Assembly: GCA_963665115.1 (NCBI GenBank)
Contig: OY762007.1
Span: forward strand, 7,936,001-8,000,000
Direction: 5' to 3'
Length of the DNA: 64,000 nt
Source of the DNA: an uncultured Rivularia sp.
GTDB lineage: Bacteria > Cyanobacteriota > Cyanobacteriia > Cyanobacteriales > Nostocaceae
This document shows positions 10,603 through 19,828 of this stretch, in pieces (the stretch's first letter is position 1; each line of letters opens with the position of its first letter). Under the pieces are notes generated by a model, which was not told the DNA's origin, made no database searches, and worked only from the letters and a program-made list of their open reading frames with translations. The position numbers and the translations under genes are program-made.

Positions 10603-10836
10603 AAGATTATTACCCAAAGAAAAAACTATCTAATTGGATGAGAGTCAAAATTTTTGTGCTAAATAATTTTAAAATCTTGTACGGCATTATGGCTCTATCA
10701 ATAGTTTTTATTTTTAGTCCTTCCGAAGGAAATCAATCTAATCTTTTCTGTATTAATAAGAATTGAAGTACAATTAAATTTACATTTCGCACCAATGTCA
10801 GAAACTTTTAGAATTAATCCCCATAGTTAGATAAAA

Positions 10837-11688
10837 TCAAGCAGTTAAAAACTCTCGCATATACTGATTTACTAGCTCAGGCTGTTCTTGCTGTACCCAG
10901 TGGCTACAGTTAGGAACATATCTAATTTGAAAATCTTCAACATAAGCTTCGGTACCATAAGTTAATTCTTTGCCTAATGCAGTATCTTCTTCTCCCCAAA
11001 TCATCAAAGTTGCAACTTCCAGAATACTCCAATTTTGATTGAAGATTGGCGAACCTAAAATATTTCGATAATAATTGATAGTGGCTGTTAAAGCTCCACG
11101 TTTAGCAATAGCATCTTTGTAAGCGTTAATATCTTCTTTACTGAAAGCGCTTTTATTGATTGCCATGCCTTTAAAAGCATTTTCAATAAATTGATAATCT
11201 TCGGCTCGAAGAAATAATTCTGGAATCACGGGAAGTTGGAAAAAAAGTATATACCAGCTACGTAATAATTGTTGAGGAGTGCGTAAACCTTCAGAAAACT
11301 TTGCAAAATGGGGACAATTCATAATGATTAATCGCTCGACCATTTCCGGATTTGCATAAGCAAAACTCCAAGCAATTCCTCCTCCCCAATCATGCGCTAC
11401 TAGTACGCACTTTTCGTATCCCAATCCGCGAACGATACCTTCCACATCTTTGACTAATTCAGTCATTACATAAGCAGATTGCGATGCAGGTTTTTCGCTA
11501 TCGTTGTAACCGCGTAAATCTGGAGCAACTACCTTAAAATCTGAAGCAAATTCTGGAATTTGATGTCGCCAAGAATACCAAAAATCAGGAAATCCGTGTA
11601 GCATCAGCATCAAAGGACCGCTTCCTTGAGTTACATAATGTAGATTTACCCCGTTAGTAGTTATGTAATCGTGCTGCCAAGTTTCCAT
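10837..11688 (-). CDS. Alpha/beta hydrolase, epoxide hydrolase-like
   Basis: HGFP, DLRGYN, AHDWGG nucleophile elbow, WGEED, C-terminal HWVQ. Confidence 0.9.
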   Translation of the reverse strand: METWQHDYITTNGVNLHYVTQGSGPLMLMLHGFPDFWYSWRHQIPEFASDFKVVAPDLRGYNDSEKPASQSAYVMTELVKDVEGIVRGLGYEKCVLVAHDWGGGIAWSFAYANPEMVERLIIMNCPHFAKFSEGLRTPQQLLRSWYILFFQLPVIPELFLRAEDYQFIENAFKGMAINKSAFSKEDINAYKDAIAKRGALTATINYYRNILGSPIFNQNWSILEVATLMIWGEEDTALGKELTYGTEAYVEDFQIRYVPNCSHWVQQEQPELVNQYMREFLTA

Positions 11689-11917
11689 AATATTTAGAAG
11701 ACACTACTGAAGATACTATTGCTTATCTTACAGAGGAATGGGGAGAGGGGAGATGGGGAGACAAGGTGACAAGGAGAATAGGTAACTTTCTATTGATTAG
11801 TGATAACTGACAACTGCTCACTGATAACTGTTCGCTGCAAAAATCTACATTTTGGATTGTTCTAGAGATAGATGTATATTTTTGTTTTATGTGGGTTGAT
11901 AAACATAGTAATTGCTT

Positions 11918-12745
11918 ATGAAAACTATGGCACAACAGATATCACATCATCCTGCTGCATGGATTGAGCGACTGGCAAGGTTTGGTTATGCTTCTAAAGG
12001 AGCGGTTTATTTTCTTGTAGGATTGTTGGCCGTACAGGCGGCTTTTGGTGGTGGTGGCAAAACGACCGATACGGAAGGAGCTTTGGAAACTTTAGTGCAG
12101 CAACCTTTTGGTCAATTTTTACTAGGTTTGATTGCGTTCGGTTTAATAAGTTATGCAATGTGGCGTTTTGTTGAAGCAATCAACGATCCGGAAAATAAAG
12201 GTAAAGATATTAAAGGTATCGCCACAAGATTAAGTTATATAGCTAATGGCTTAACTTATGCTGGTTTGGCTTGGACTGCGGTACAAATTATTATGGGAAG
12301 TTCAAGCGGTGGTGGCGATGATAGCAAACAGAATTGGACTGCTCGTTTACTGAATCAACCTTTCGGGCAGTGGTTGGTAGGAATGATTGGTGCGGGTGTA
12401 ATTGCTTTCGGATTTTATTATTTATATCGAGCTTTTAGTGCAAAGTTTCGCAGAAAGTTATATTTATCAGAATTAAGCAGTACCAAACGCGAGTGGGTTA
12501 TAGCTATTTGTCGGTTTGGTTTAGCGGCAAGAAGTATTGTATTCTTTTTAATTGGTTGGTTTTTCATCGAAGCAGCATATATGGCTCAAGCAAGTCAAGT
12601 TGGTGGACTCGATCAAGCATTGGAAACTTTAGCCGGTCAGCCTTACGGACCTTTGCTATTAGCTGTTGTGGCTTTAGGTTTGATTGCTTATGGTGTTTAT
12701 TGTATTGTTCAAGCACGGTATCGTCGTCTCGATCCAAATATGTAA
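11918..12745 (+). CDS. DUF1206-type membrane protein
   Basis: LARFGYASKGAVY and three repeats containing QP(F/Y)G followed by a TM helix. Confidence 0.8.
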   Translation: MKTMAQQISHHPAAWIERLARFGYASKGAVYFLVGLLAVQAAFGGGGKTTDTEGALETLVQQPFGQFLLGLIAFGLISYAMWRFVEAINDPENKGKDIKGIATRLSYIANGLTYAGLAWTAVQIIMGSSSGGGDDSKQNWTARLLNQPFGQWLVGMIGAGVIAFGFYYLYRAFSAKFRRKLYLSELSSTKREWVIAICRFGLAARSIVFFLIGWFFIEAAYMAQASQVGGLDQALETLAGQPYGPLLLAVVALGLIAYGVYCIVQARYRRLDPNM

Positions 12746-12878
12746 GGTAAGAGGTAAGAGGTTAAAGGTCAAAGGTTAAAGGTTAAAGGTTAAAGGTTAG
12801 AGGTAATCATAGAATTCAATTAAAAAATCTCAATATATCGATTTAACTTTTTTCCGTTAACTGCTCACTATTCCAAAA

Positions 12879-14030
12879 ATGTCAATTCCTGAAATACGCG
12901 GTGTTTGGTTAACTACTACGGCTAGTAAAGTATTTGATTCTCGCGAAAATATTGTTGAATCAATGAACTTTCTTGCCGAAACTGGATTTAATGTGGTGTT
13001 TCCTGTTGTGTGGAATAAAGCGGCAACGCAGTTTCCCTCTCAGGTAATGCAGCAAAATTTTGGTGTGGAAATCAATCCCCGATATCGCGGAAGAGATGTT
13101 TTAGCTGAAGTAATTACGGAAGCGCATCGGGTGGGTTTAAAAGTAATTCCTTGGTTTGAATATGGTTTTGCTAGTTCTTACAATTCTAATGGAGGAATGT
13201 TACTAGCTAAAAAACCACAGTGGGCTGCGCGAGACTGTAAAGGTAATTTGCTCAATAAAAATGGTTTTGAATGGCTTAATGCTTTAGATTCGGAAGTACA
13301 AGATTTTTTATTAAGTTTAATACTCGAAGTTGTTAATAATTATGATGTTGATGGCATCCAAGGAGATGATCGTTTACCTGCTTTACCGTCTGAAGGTGGT
13401 TATGACAATGGCACTGTAGAACGCTATAAGCAAGAATTTGGTAAAAATCCGCCGCAAAACTCTAAAGATGGTCAATGGTTGCAGTGGCGTGCAAATATTC
13501 TAACTGATTTTCTGGCGCGTTTATATCAAGAAGTCAAAGCTGTTAATAATAATCTATTAGTATCAATGGCTCCCAATATTCACGATTGGGCATTGAAAGA
13601 GTATTTACAAGATTCGCAGACATGGTTGGAAAGGGGTTTAGTAGATATTATTAATCCGCAAATTTATCGCCGTGATTTTAATAGTTATAAAAGTATTGTC
13701 GATCGGTTAGTAAAACAGCAGTTTACAGATAATAACCGAGTCAAACTTGCACCGGGAGTGTTAATGAAGTTGGGTTCTTATAATATAAGTCCTGATTATT
13801 TGTTACAGCTAATTGAATATAATCGCGCTTGCGGTATTAATGGTGAGGTATTTTTCTTTTACGAAGGTTTACGAGATAATAAGAATGCTTTAGCTAATGT
13901 GTTACGAAAAGGTTGTTATGCTCAACCTGCGGCATTTCCTTCTTTAGGAGATTTGAAAGGCAGTAAGATTAAGAAAGAGGTTATTCATGAAAAGCAGGGT
14001 TTATTTGGGTTTTTGAAAAGTTTGTTTTGA
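12879..14030 (+). CDS. Glycoside hydrolase-like family 10 (DUF187/YddW-like) protein
   Basis: EIRGVWL, IPWFEYG, YDVDGIQGDD, PQIY motifs. Confidence 0.85.
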   Translation: MSIPEIRGVWLTTTASKVFDSRENIVESMNFLAETGFNVVFPVVWNKAATQFPSQVMQQNFGVEINPRYRGRDVLAEVITEAHRVGLKVIPWFEYGFASSYNSNGGMLLAKKPQWAARDCKGNLLNKNGFEWLNALDSEVQDFLLSLILEVVNNYDVDGIQGDDRLPALPSEGGYDNGTVERYKQEFGKNPPQNSKDGQWLQWRANILTDFLARLYQEVKAVNNNLLVSMAPNIHDWALKEYLQDSQTWLERGLVDIINPQIYRRDFNSYKSIVDRLVKQQFTDNNRVKLAPGVLMKLGSYNISPDYLLQLIEYNRACGINGEVFFFYEGLRDNKNALANVLRKGCYAQPAAFPSLGDLKGSKIKKEVIHEKQGLFGFLKSLF

Positions 14031-14093
14031 TAAATAAAAGATTAAAAAACCTTACTAGACGCTGAGGGCGCAGAGAAGGAGGATATAGAGAAA

Positions 14094-14528
14094 ATGCAAT
14101 TAGAATCTAAATCGCAGGTAGAAGAAAATATTCAAATTCTCAAGCACGATTTACCTACTTTGTTTGAGAAAGATATTTCCTATGATATCTATACAGGTGA
14201 TATTTTATTTAAAGACCCAATAAGTAAGTTTAAATGGAAATTCAACTATAGAATTATTTTTTGGACTTTAAGATTTCATGCAGGATTGTTTTTTACAGAT
14301 ATTCATTTTGATTTGCATGATGTATATCAATCAAATGAATATACAATTTTTGCAAAGTGGACTGTACGCGGTACGTTAAGGCTTCCTTGGAAAGCAAAGA
14401 TTTTCTTTAATGGCCATTCAAATTATAAGTTAAATGAAGATAGTTTGATCTACGAACATCTTGATACTTGGGATAGGAAACCCAGCGAGATTTTACGTCA
14501 GTTTTTACCTGAGAAAGAGAATCGCTAA
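14094..14528 (+). CDS. DUF2358 (SnoaL/NTF2-like) protein
   Basis: YDIY..DILFKDP, WTVRG.L.LPW, H.DTWD. Confidence 0.8.
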   Translation: MQLESKSQVEENIQILKHDLPTLFEKDISYDIYTGDILFKDPISKFKWKFNYRIIFWTLRFHAGLFFTDIHFDLHDVYQSNEYTIFAKWTVRGTLRLPWKAKIFFNGHSNYKLNEDSLIYEHLDTWDRKPSEILRQFLPEKENR

Positions 14529-14562
14529 ATCACCCGCACTCTAGAAGAGTGGGGCTATAGGA

Positions 14563-14617
14563 ACAAAGCCTGCCTTCGCAGGCTAGTAGCTTTTCAGCCT
14601 GCGAAGGCAGGCTTTGT
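14563..14617. repeat. REP-like inverted doublet
   Basis: Perfect 22-bp inverted repeat ACAAAGCCTGCCTTCGCAGGCT with an 11-nt spacer. Each arm is itself a hairpin. Confidence 0.8.
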
Positions 14618-14656
14618 AAATGTAGCGATACCCTTATAGGGTATTGTGAAAAAATT

Positions 14657-15340
14657 ATGATCAACCCTTTTATCCAAAATTTAATCGTAACAGCCCTAAC
14701 ATTTATTTACGTTTTCGGACTTTTAGCGATATTAAATTTCTGCGTTACCAAGTTCAATTTACCACAAGATATCAGCCGTAAAATTACTCATATTGGTGCG
14801 GGTTCTTTGATTGTTTTTTTGCCGCTTTATAATGATTTACACTGGTCAAAATATCTTAACGTTACGATTTTTGTTGTTTGGATAATACTGTTAATTCAAA
14901 AAGGCTTATTCGCTAACGATGACGATGAAGCTGTTAAAACTATGACTCGTAACGGTGAAAAAAGCGAACTTCTCAAAGGACCTTTATATTTCGTAATTGT
15001 AGCTACGATTTGCGGTATTTTATTTTACAAAACCTTCCCTGGGATAATGGCGATCGCAACTCTCGGTTGGGGAGATGGAATTGCTCCTATAGTTGGCTCC
15101 CGCTACGGTAGATTGAAGTATGAGGTACTTAGTAGTAAAAGTGTGGAAGGAAGTTTATCAATGTTGCTCGCTGCTTTTGCTGCAAGTACGTTTTTTGTTT
15201 GGCTGATTATACCTAATGAATTAGATATTCTACGGATTTTATTGTTATCTACCATTGCTACTGTAGTGGAAGCTTGCAGCCCCAAAGAAATTGATAATAT
15301 ATTAATACCAACTGTGGTAATTTTAATTGGTAATTGGTAA
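14657..15340 (+). CDS. Phytol/dolichol/polyprenol kinase family membrane protein
   Basis: SRKITHIGAG, GPLYF, WGDGIA.IVG, KSVEGS, DNILIP. Confidence 0.85.
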   Translation: MINPFIQNLIVTALTFIYVFGLLAILNFCVTKFNLPQDISRKITHIGAGSLIVFLPLYNDLHWSKYLNVTIFVVWIILLIQKGLFANDDDEAVKTMTRNGEKSELLKGPLYFVIVATICGILFYKTFPGIMAIATLGWGDGIAPIVGSRYGRLKYEVLSSKSVEGSLSMLLAAFAASTFFVWLIIPNELDILRILLLSTIATVVEACSPKEIDNILIPTVVILIGNW

Positions 15341-15430
15341 TTGGTAATTGGTAATTGGTAATTGGTAATTGGACAGAATTGATTTAATCTCTTCAATATC
15401 TAAAACTAAATTTACCTTTAACCTAATATA

Positions 15431-16009
15431 CTATTCAGATTGAACAAATAATTCTAATAAACTAGAACCAATATATACATATCCGGAAATAACTATAGCA
15501 CTGCTTAATATTAAAGCAATTAAAAAGTAAGTATATTTTATTTTTGTTAAACCGATAGCATAGCTAACTATATCCTGAGAAAAAGGCATTACCATCACCA
15601 TATATAAGATACTGCGGCTACCTTTAAACTTGTTGATAAACTTATCTAATTCTTCTAAATTAGCTTTGCCAATAAACCTTTGAGCTATTTTTCTTCCTAA
15701 TTTTCTGGATATCCAAAAATTAGCGCTGCATCCTATAATACTAGCTACATAACTTAATAAGAAAGCATTATGTTTACCAAATAACGTTCCACCAACTACA
15801 AATAACGAACTTCCACTTAAAGGTGCAATAATTAAACTTGCCGCACATAAAGCTACAAATACTATCGGTGCCCATACTCCTGTTTGTTTAACAAATAGTT
15901 GAGCATTCCCTAAACCTATAGTTTGTAAAGCAAGCGCCATTATTAGGTAAAATATACTCATAAAAACAATTGCTAATAAAATCTTTTTTAGTTTAGATGT
16001 GAATCGCAT
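15431..16009 (-). CDS. TVP38/TMEM64 (VTT/DedA) family membrane protein
   Basis: GG.LFG, FWISRKLG, PFSQDIVSYAIGLT and a hydrophobic pattern typical of the family. Confidence 0.85.
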   Translation of the reverse strand: MRFTSKLKKILLAIVFMSIFYLIMALALQTIGLGNAQLFVKQTGVWAPIVFVALCAASLIIAPLSGSSLFVVGGTLFGKHNAFLLSYVASIIGCSANFWISRKLGRKIAQRFIGKANLEELDKFINKFKGSRSILYMVMVMPFSQDIVSYAIGLTKIKYTYFLIALILSSAIVISGYVYIGSSLLELFVQSE

Positions 16010-16280
16010 TTAACTATTTATCTATTTTTTATTTTAGGTAGAATTAAATTTATGCGAACAATTAATTGTTTGCTTATATAGTTACATTCTACTACTTTCT
16101 GTATCGGGACTGAATCTATAATAAGAAGTAAAATTACTAAGTAATTTAAGATACAGGATAGATTTATCTTCACGAGTTGAAATAATATTTCCGCAATCGT
16201 AACGATAAATTTATTGTTGTAAGTGTTAAAACTTGCCTATCCTTGAAAAAGGGCATCTGCGTAACTCTGAATTGCGAAAC

Positions 16281-16406
16281 ATGGATGTAAATCAATCAAA
16301 ACCATCTTTGTTTGGTCTTTCTAAATCAAATAGGGATTTTACTCAAAAAGAATGTTGGGGAAAGAATCAGTTTAATTCTTCTTTCCCAGCTTTATTAGGT
16401 TGCTAT
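16281..16406 (+). pseudogene. N-terminal stub of a HindVP-family type II restriction endonuclease
   Basis: MDVNQSKPSLFGLSKSNRDFTQKECWGKNQFNSSFPALLGCY matches my recollection of the conserved family N-terminus (LFG..SNRDF...WGKNQFNSSFP). Similarity ends abruptly after 42 codons. Confidence 0.7.
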
Positions 16407-16448
16407 ACTGCTATTTCAACACCCACCGAATGTGTTTCTTAGGAGGAG

Positions 16449-16856
16449 TTAACCTGGTAGACCGTCCAGCTTTTGCACACACTCCAAATTTTTATCCCAT
16501 TCAGCACGGTTTGAGTAGCAAATATGCGCGTTCGGCTCGTTCTTTATTGGGCTATCCAGACACCCCGCTGGGACAACCAAAAGATCGCCATTCATCTGAA
16601 GCACAGGAATTGCCGCACCGCATTCCTGACAAAAACTTTTTTCATGTCTCGTCTCAGGAAGCCGAAAAGACTTAACTTTGTCTTGCCCCTTCACCCAGCT
16701 GATTACGGCAGTTGTGGAAAACAGGTTAGCCGCATGAGCCGATCCGGTGTCTTTCCGACACCGCTTACAGTGGCAAAGAAAGAAACTCTGGAAATCTCCT
16801 AAAATCCGAAACTCAACCATTCCGCACAAACAACTACCCGCGAATTCCTTACTCAT
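16449..16856 (-). CDS. GFA (glutathione-dependent formaldehyde-activating/CENP-V-like) family protein
   Basis: GSCLCG, CHCKRCRK, FCQECG zinc motifs. An AAAGGA SD-like sequence precedes ATG 16856. Visibly more GC-rich than its flanks. Confidence 0.9.
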   Translation of the reverse strand: MSKEFAGSCLCGMVEFRILGDFQSFFLCHCKRCRKDTGSAHAANLFSTTAVISWVKGQDKVKSFRLPETRHEKSFCQECGAAIPVLQMNGDLLVVPAGCLDSPIKNEPNAHICYSNRAEWDKNLECVQKLDGLPG

Positions 16857-16929
16857 AGACTTTCCTTTCATCGATGGCACGACCCAGCCAGCCGTGCCGA
16901 GACTGCTTTATGCCAGTTGCCTAAGTCCT

Positions 16930-17129
16930 ATCGTAGATAAAGTGCGCTTAATTGAGTAAATTGCACCTCAAATTGAAAAGGAATTGACAAATATTCAACC
17001 CAAACCACGACAATCTTTGAGAAGTATTTGGCGGGGTGCTAATATTACTGAATCACATATCAATGAAGTTAGAAAAGAAATGTGGAGTAACTTTCCGCGT
17101 GAGGATATTTGATGTCGGATGCAGTTTAA
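16930..17129 (+). pseudogene. Decayed antitoxin-like gene plus the first codons of its coupled partner
   Basis: IVDKVRLIE*IAPQIEKELTNIQPKPRQSLRSIWRGANITESHINEVRKEMWSNFPREDI* lacks a start and has an internal TAA at 16957. A TGATG overlap leads into MSDAV*. It resembles small antitoxins preceding PIN toxins (from memory). Confidence 0.6.
17070..17125 (+). repeat. 56-bp direct repeat, copy 1
   Basis: 51/56 identical to 18047-18102. Confidence 0.9.
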
Positions 17130-17142
17130 TGTAAAACTAATT

Positions 17143-18006
17143 TTATTCTCTTAACCCAGCTTCTCGTAATGCTTGTGTAATTAAATCGATTAAATTTAAT
17201 CTTTCCGCCCATTCTTGCAAATAATTGAAATCTAATCGATCCGACTGTACTTTCATTACACCCAATACATCGCGCCACTGTCTATCTGAAATTTGATTAC
17301 CCAAGCGATACCAAATCAACTTTTGTAAAATAATGTCTTCTGAAGTCGCAAACCAAGCTGTACGTGGAGGATTTTGGCTGACAATTAATTGCTGTCTTCG
17401 CTGCATTTCAATTTGTGCTAATGGCTGTTGAGAAAGGATAAAAATATCAACTTTCTGCATGGTGTCTAGATGAATAATGTTAAAAGATGATTTAGTATTA
17501 ATTGCCTGGGTTAACATCGTATCGTCAATATAAAATTCTCCCGTCATTATTTCTACTAAAGGCTGTACCTGAGAAATTTGTAAATCTGCAACCATATCTA
17601 TATCTAAAGTAGCGCGAGGTTCGCCTAAAATGGAACTAGCTACAGATCCACCAATTAAGTATTTGATTGCTAAGGCTTCAAAAATTTCTGCAACTTTCAA
17701 TGCTAATTTAATTGATTCTGCATCCATTATTTGTCTTTGATTATTTTTATAAAGTAGATTTGCTTTTTCTTTACCCAGCCACCTAATTGCTAAATGAAAT
17801 TGAATTTCTTTATAGTTAGCATTCGGATATTGGTTACGAATACCAATAAGATTACATTGCTGAATACCTTTAGTTGCTTCGTTAATTAAATGGGCTTTTT
17901 TCCATAATGGCATTTGGCGAAAAGCCTGCATCATAAATTGATCGATTTTAGGATTGGTATCAATCGATTGGGGTTGGTAATCAAGCATTTTTAAATTTAT
18001 ATTCAT
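17143..18006 (-). CDS. Nucleotidyltransferase (AbiEii/MenT-like) with an N-terminal ~90-aa helical domain
   Basis: IGGSVAS...EPRATLDIDMV, VDIF, ATSEDIILQKL, RQWRD. An internal Met at 17727 starts the NTase domain. Confidence 0.75.
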   Translation of the reverse strand: MNINLKMLDYQPQSIDTNPKIDQFMMQAFRQMPLWKKAHLINEATKGIQQCNLIGIRNQYPNANYKEIQFHLAIRWLGKEKANLLYKNNQRQIMDAESIKLALKVAEIFEALAIKYLIGGSVASSILGEPRATLDIDMVADLQISQVQPLVEIMTGEFYIDDTMLTQAINTKSSFNIIHLDTMQKVDIFILSQQPLAQIEMQRRQQLIVSQNPPRTAWFATSEDIILQKLIWYRLGNQISDRQWRDVLGVMKVQSDRLDFNYLQEWAERLNLIDLITQALREAGLRE

Positions 18007-18046
18007 TATATTTACTATTATGTTTGCTTTGTTTATCGATCCGATC

Positions 18047-18102
18047 TAGAAAAGAAACGTGGAATAACTTTCCTCGTGAGGATATTTGATATCGGATGAA
18101 GT
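18047..18102 (+). repeat. 56-bp direct repeat, copy 2
   Basis: 51/56 identical to 17070-17125. Confidence 0.9.
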
Positions 18103-18262
18103 AAGCCAATTATGGAAAACTTAGAAATAGATAATCTATAAGAGCAGCTTGTTAATTTAATATAATTCGACTTAAGTGTGACATAAATCACTTTGCCTTT
18201 ATCTTAATTCATGATAGACTGCCTAGGTTTATGTATTTAAAGAAACTTTATAGGCAGTAAAT

Positions 18263-19826
18263 ATGGCAACGAATGATAATTCAAAAGTTAGTTTAGATGC
18301 ATTGATATCAAGAGAAGCGTTTGAGATTCAAGACGAGCAAAGTAAAAATATAGGAAGAAATATTCCTATGATATCAGTTCGGGATTTAGAACAAAATTCT
18401 TTTTTCTATCCCTTTTTAAGAAAACCTGATTTTCAAAGAGAAACTAATGAATGGGATTCTCAGAAAATATGTGAGTTTATTGAAAGTTTTTTAGATGGAG
18501 ATTTAATCCCAGCGGTTATTCTTTGGAGAAGTACTAGTAGTTATTATTTTGTCATTGATGGTTCCCATAGACTTAGTTCTTTAATAGCTTGGATAAATGA
18601 TGATTATGGTGATGGCAAAATTTCCAAGCAATTTTATGACGGTGAATTTTCAGAAGAACAAAAAATTGCTGCTAAGGAAACCAGAAAAATGGTAAAAGCA
18701 AAGATAGGTTCTTACAAGGATTATCAATCTTTAGCACAAAATGGAGAGAAGATAAATCCGAAAATTATTGAAAGAGCAAGGAATTTAGGTGCTTTAGGTA
18801 TTCAACTTCAATGGGTGGAAGGTGATTCATCCAAAGCAGAAGAGTCTTTTTTCAAAATCAATCAAAAAGCTTCACCAATTGGTGCTACAGAGATACGTTT
18901 ATTAAAAGCTAGAAAAACCCCTAATGGTGTAGCTGCTCGTGCAATTAGAAGAAGTGGCAACGGACACAAGTATTGGTCGGAGTTTTCACCTGAAAAACGA
19001 GAAGAGGTTGAAGAGATTGCCAAGGAAATACATCAACTTATTTTTGAGCCTAAATTAAAAAATCCGATTAAAACATTTGATGTACCAATTGTTGGCAACT
19101 TATCTACTTCAGAAAAACTGGAAGTTATATTAGAGTTTGTTAACCTTGTTAATGGTATAGAACAAGATGACCAATTAGGAGAAGATATTACAGGAGAAAA
19201 AACTATAAAGCTATTAAAGAACTGTAGAAAAATAGCACAGAGAATAAATAGTAATCATCCTTCTTCTTTAGGTCTTCACCCAATAGTTTACTTCTATACT
19301 GGTCTTGGCAAGCCTAAACTTGGTTCATTCTATGGTGTCATTAGTCTCATCGTAAATTTTGACAAGATGGAGTATTTTTCTAAGTTTACAGATGTTAGAA
19401 AAGACTTTGAATGGATTATTTGGCAAGATGATATGATTCCGCAATTTGTAAAGGGGTCGTGCAGTAGAGGCACATGACAAAATTAACAAATTTTATTTAG
19501 AAGTCATCAATAAATTGTTAAATGGTGTGGACAAGAAAAAAGTTATGAAAGAGATAGTAGATGAAAAGCAATTTGGTACCCTAAAAAGAAAAACGAAACC
19601 AAACCCTAGTGACACTCAAGGTAAAAAATTTCCTAGAGAAACTAAAACAGCAGCTTTCATCAGAGATGCTTTATCTGGTGTGCCCCGATGTAAAATCTGT
19701 GGTGGCTATCTTCACAGTCATTCTATCTCCATAGACCATATCCAGAGAAGAGCAGATGGTGGTCATGCTACTTTAGAAAATGCACAGTTAACTCACCCAT
19801 ACTGCAATACGACATATAAGCATTAA
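18263..19826 (+). CDS. DUF262 (GmrS/ParB-like) + C-terminal HNH nuclease; +1 frameshift at 19453-19456
   Basis: PDFQRE..W, IPAVILW, VIDGSHRL, FFKINQ. Removing one G joins VKGRAVEAHDKINKFYLEVINKLLNG to the ORF with CKICG..IDHI..GG...N..LTHPYCN. Repaired length 520 aa. Confidence 0.8.
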
Positions 19827-19828
19827 AC

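Noticed and set aside
16407..16929. GFA gene as an integron cassette
   Set aside because: No convincing RYYYAAC...GTTRRRY attC structure and no integrase.
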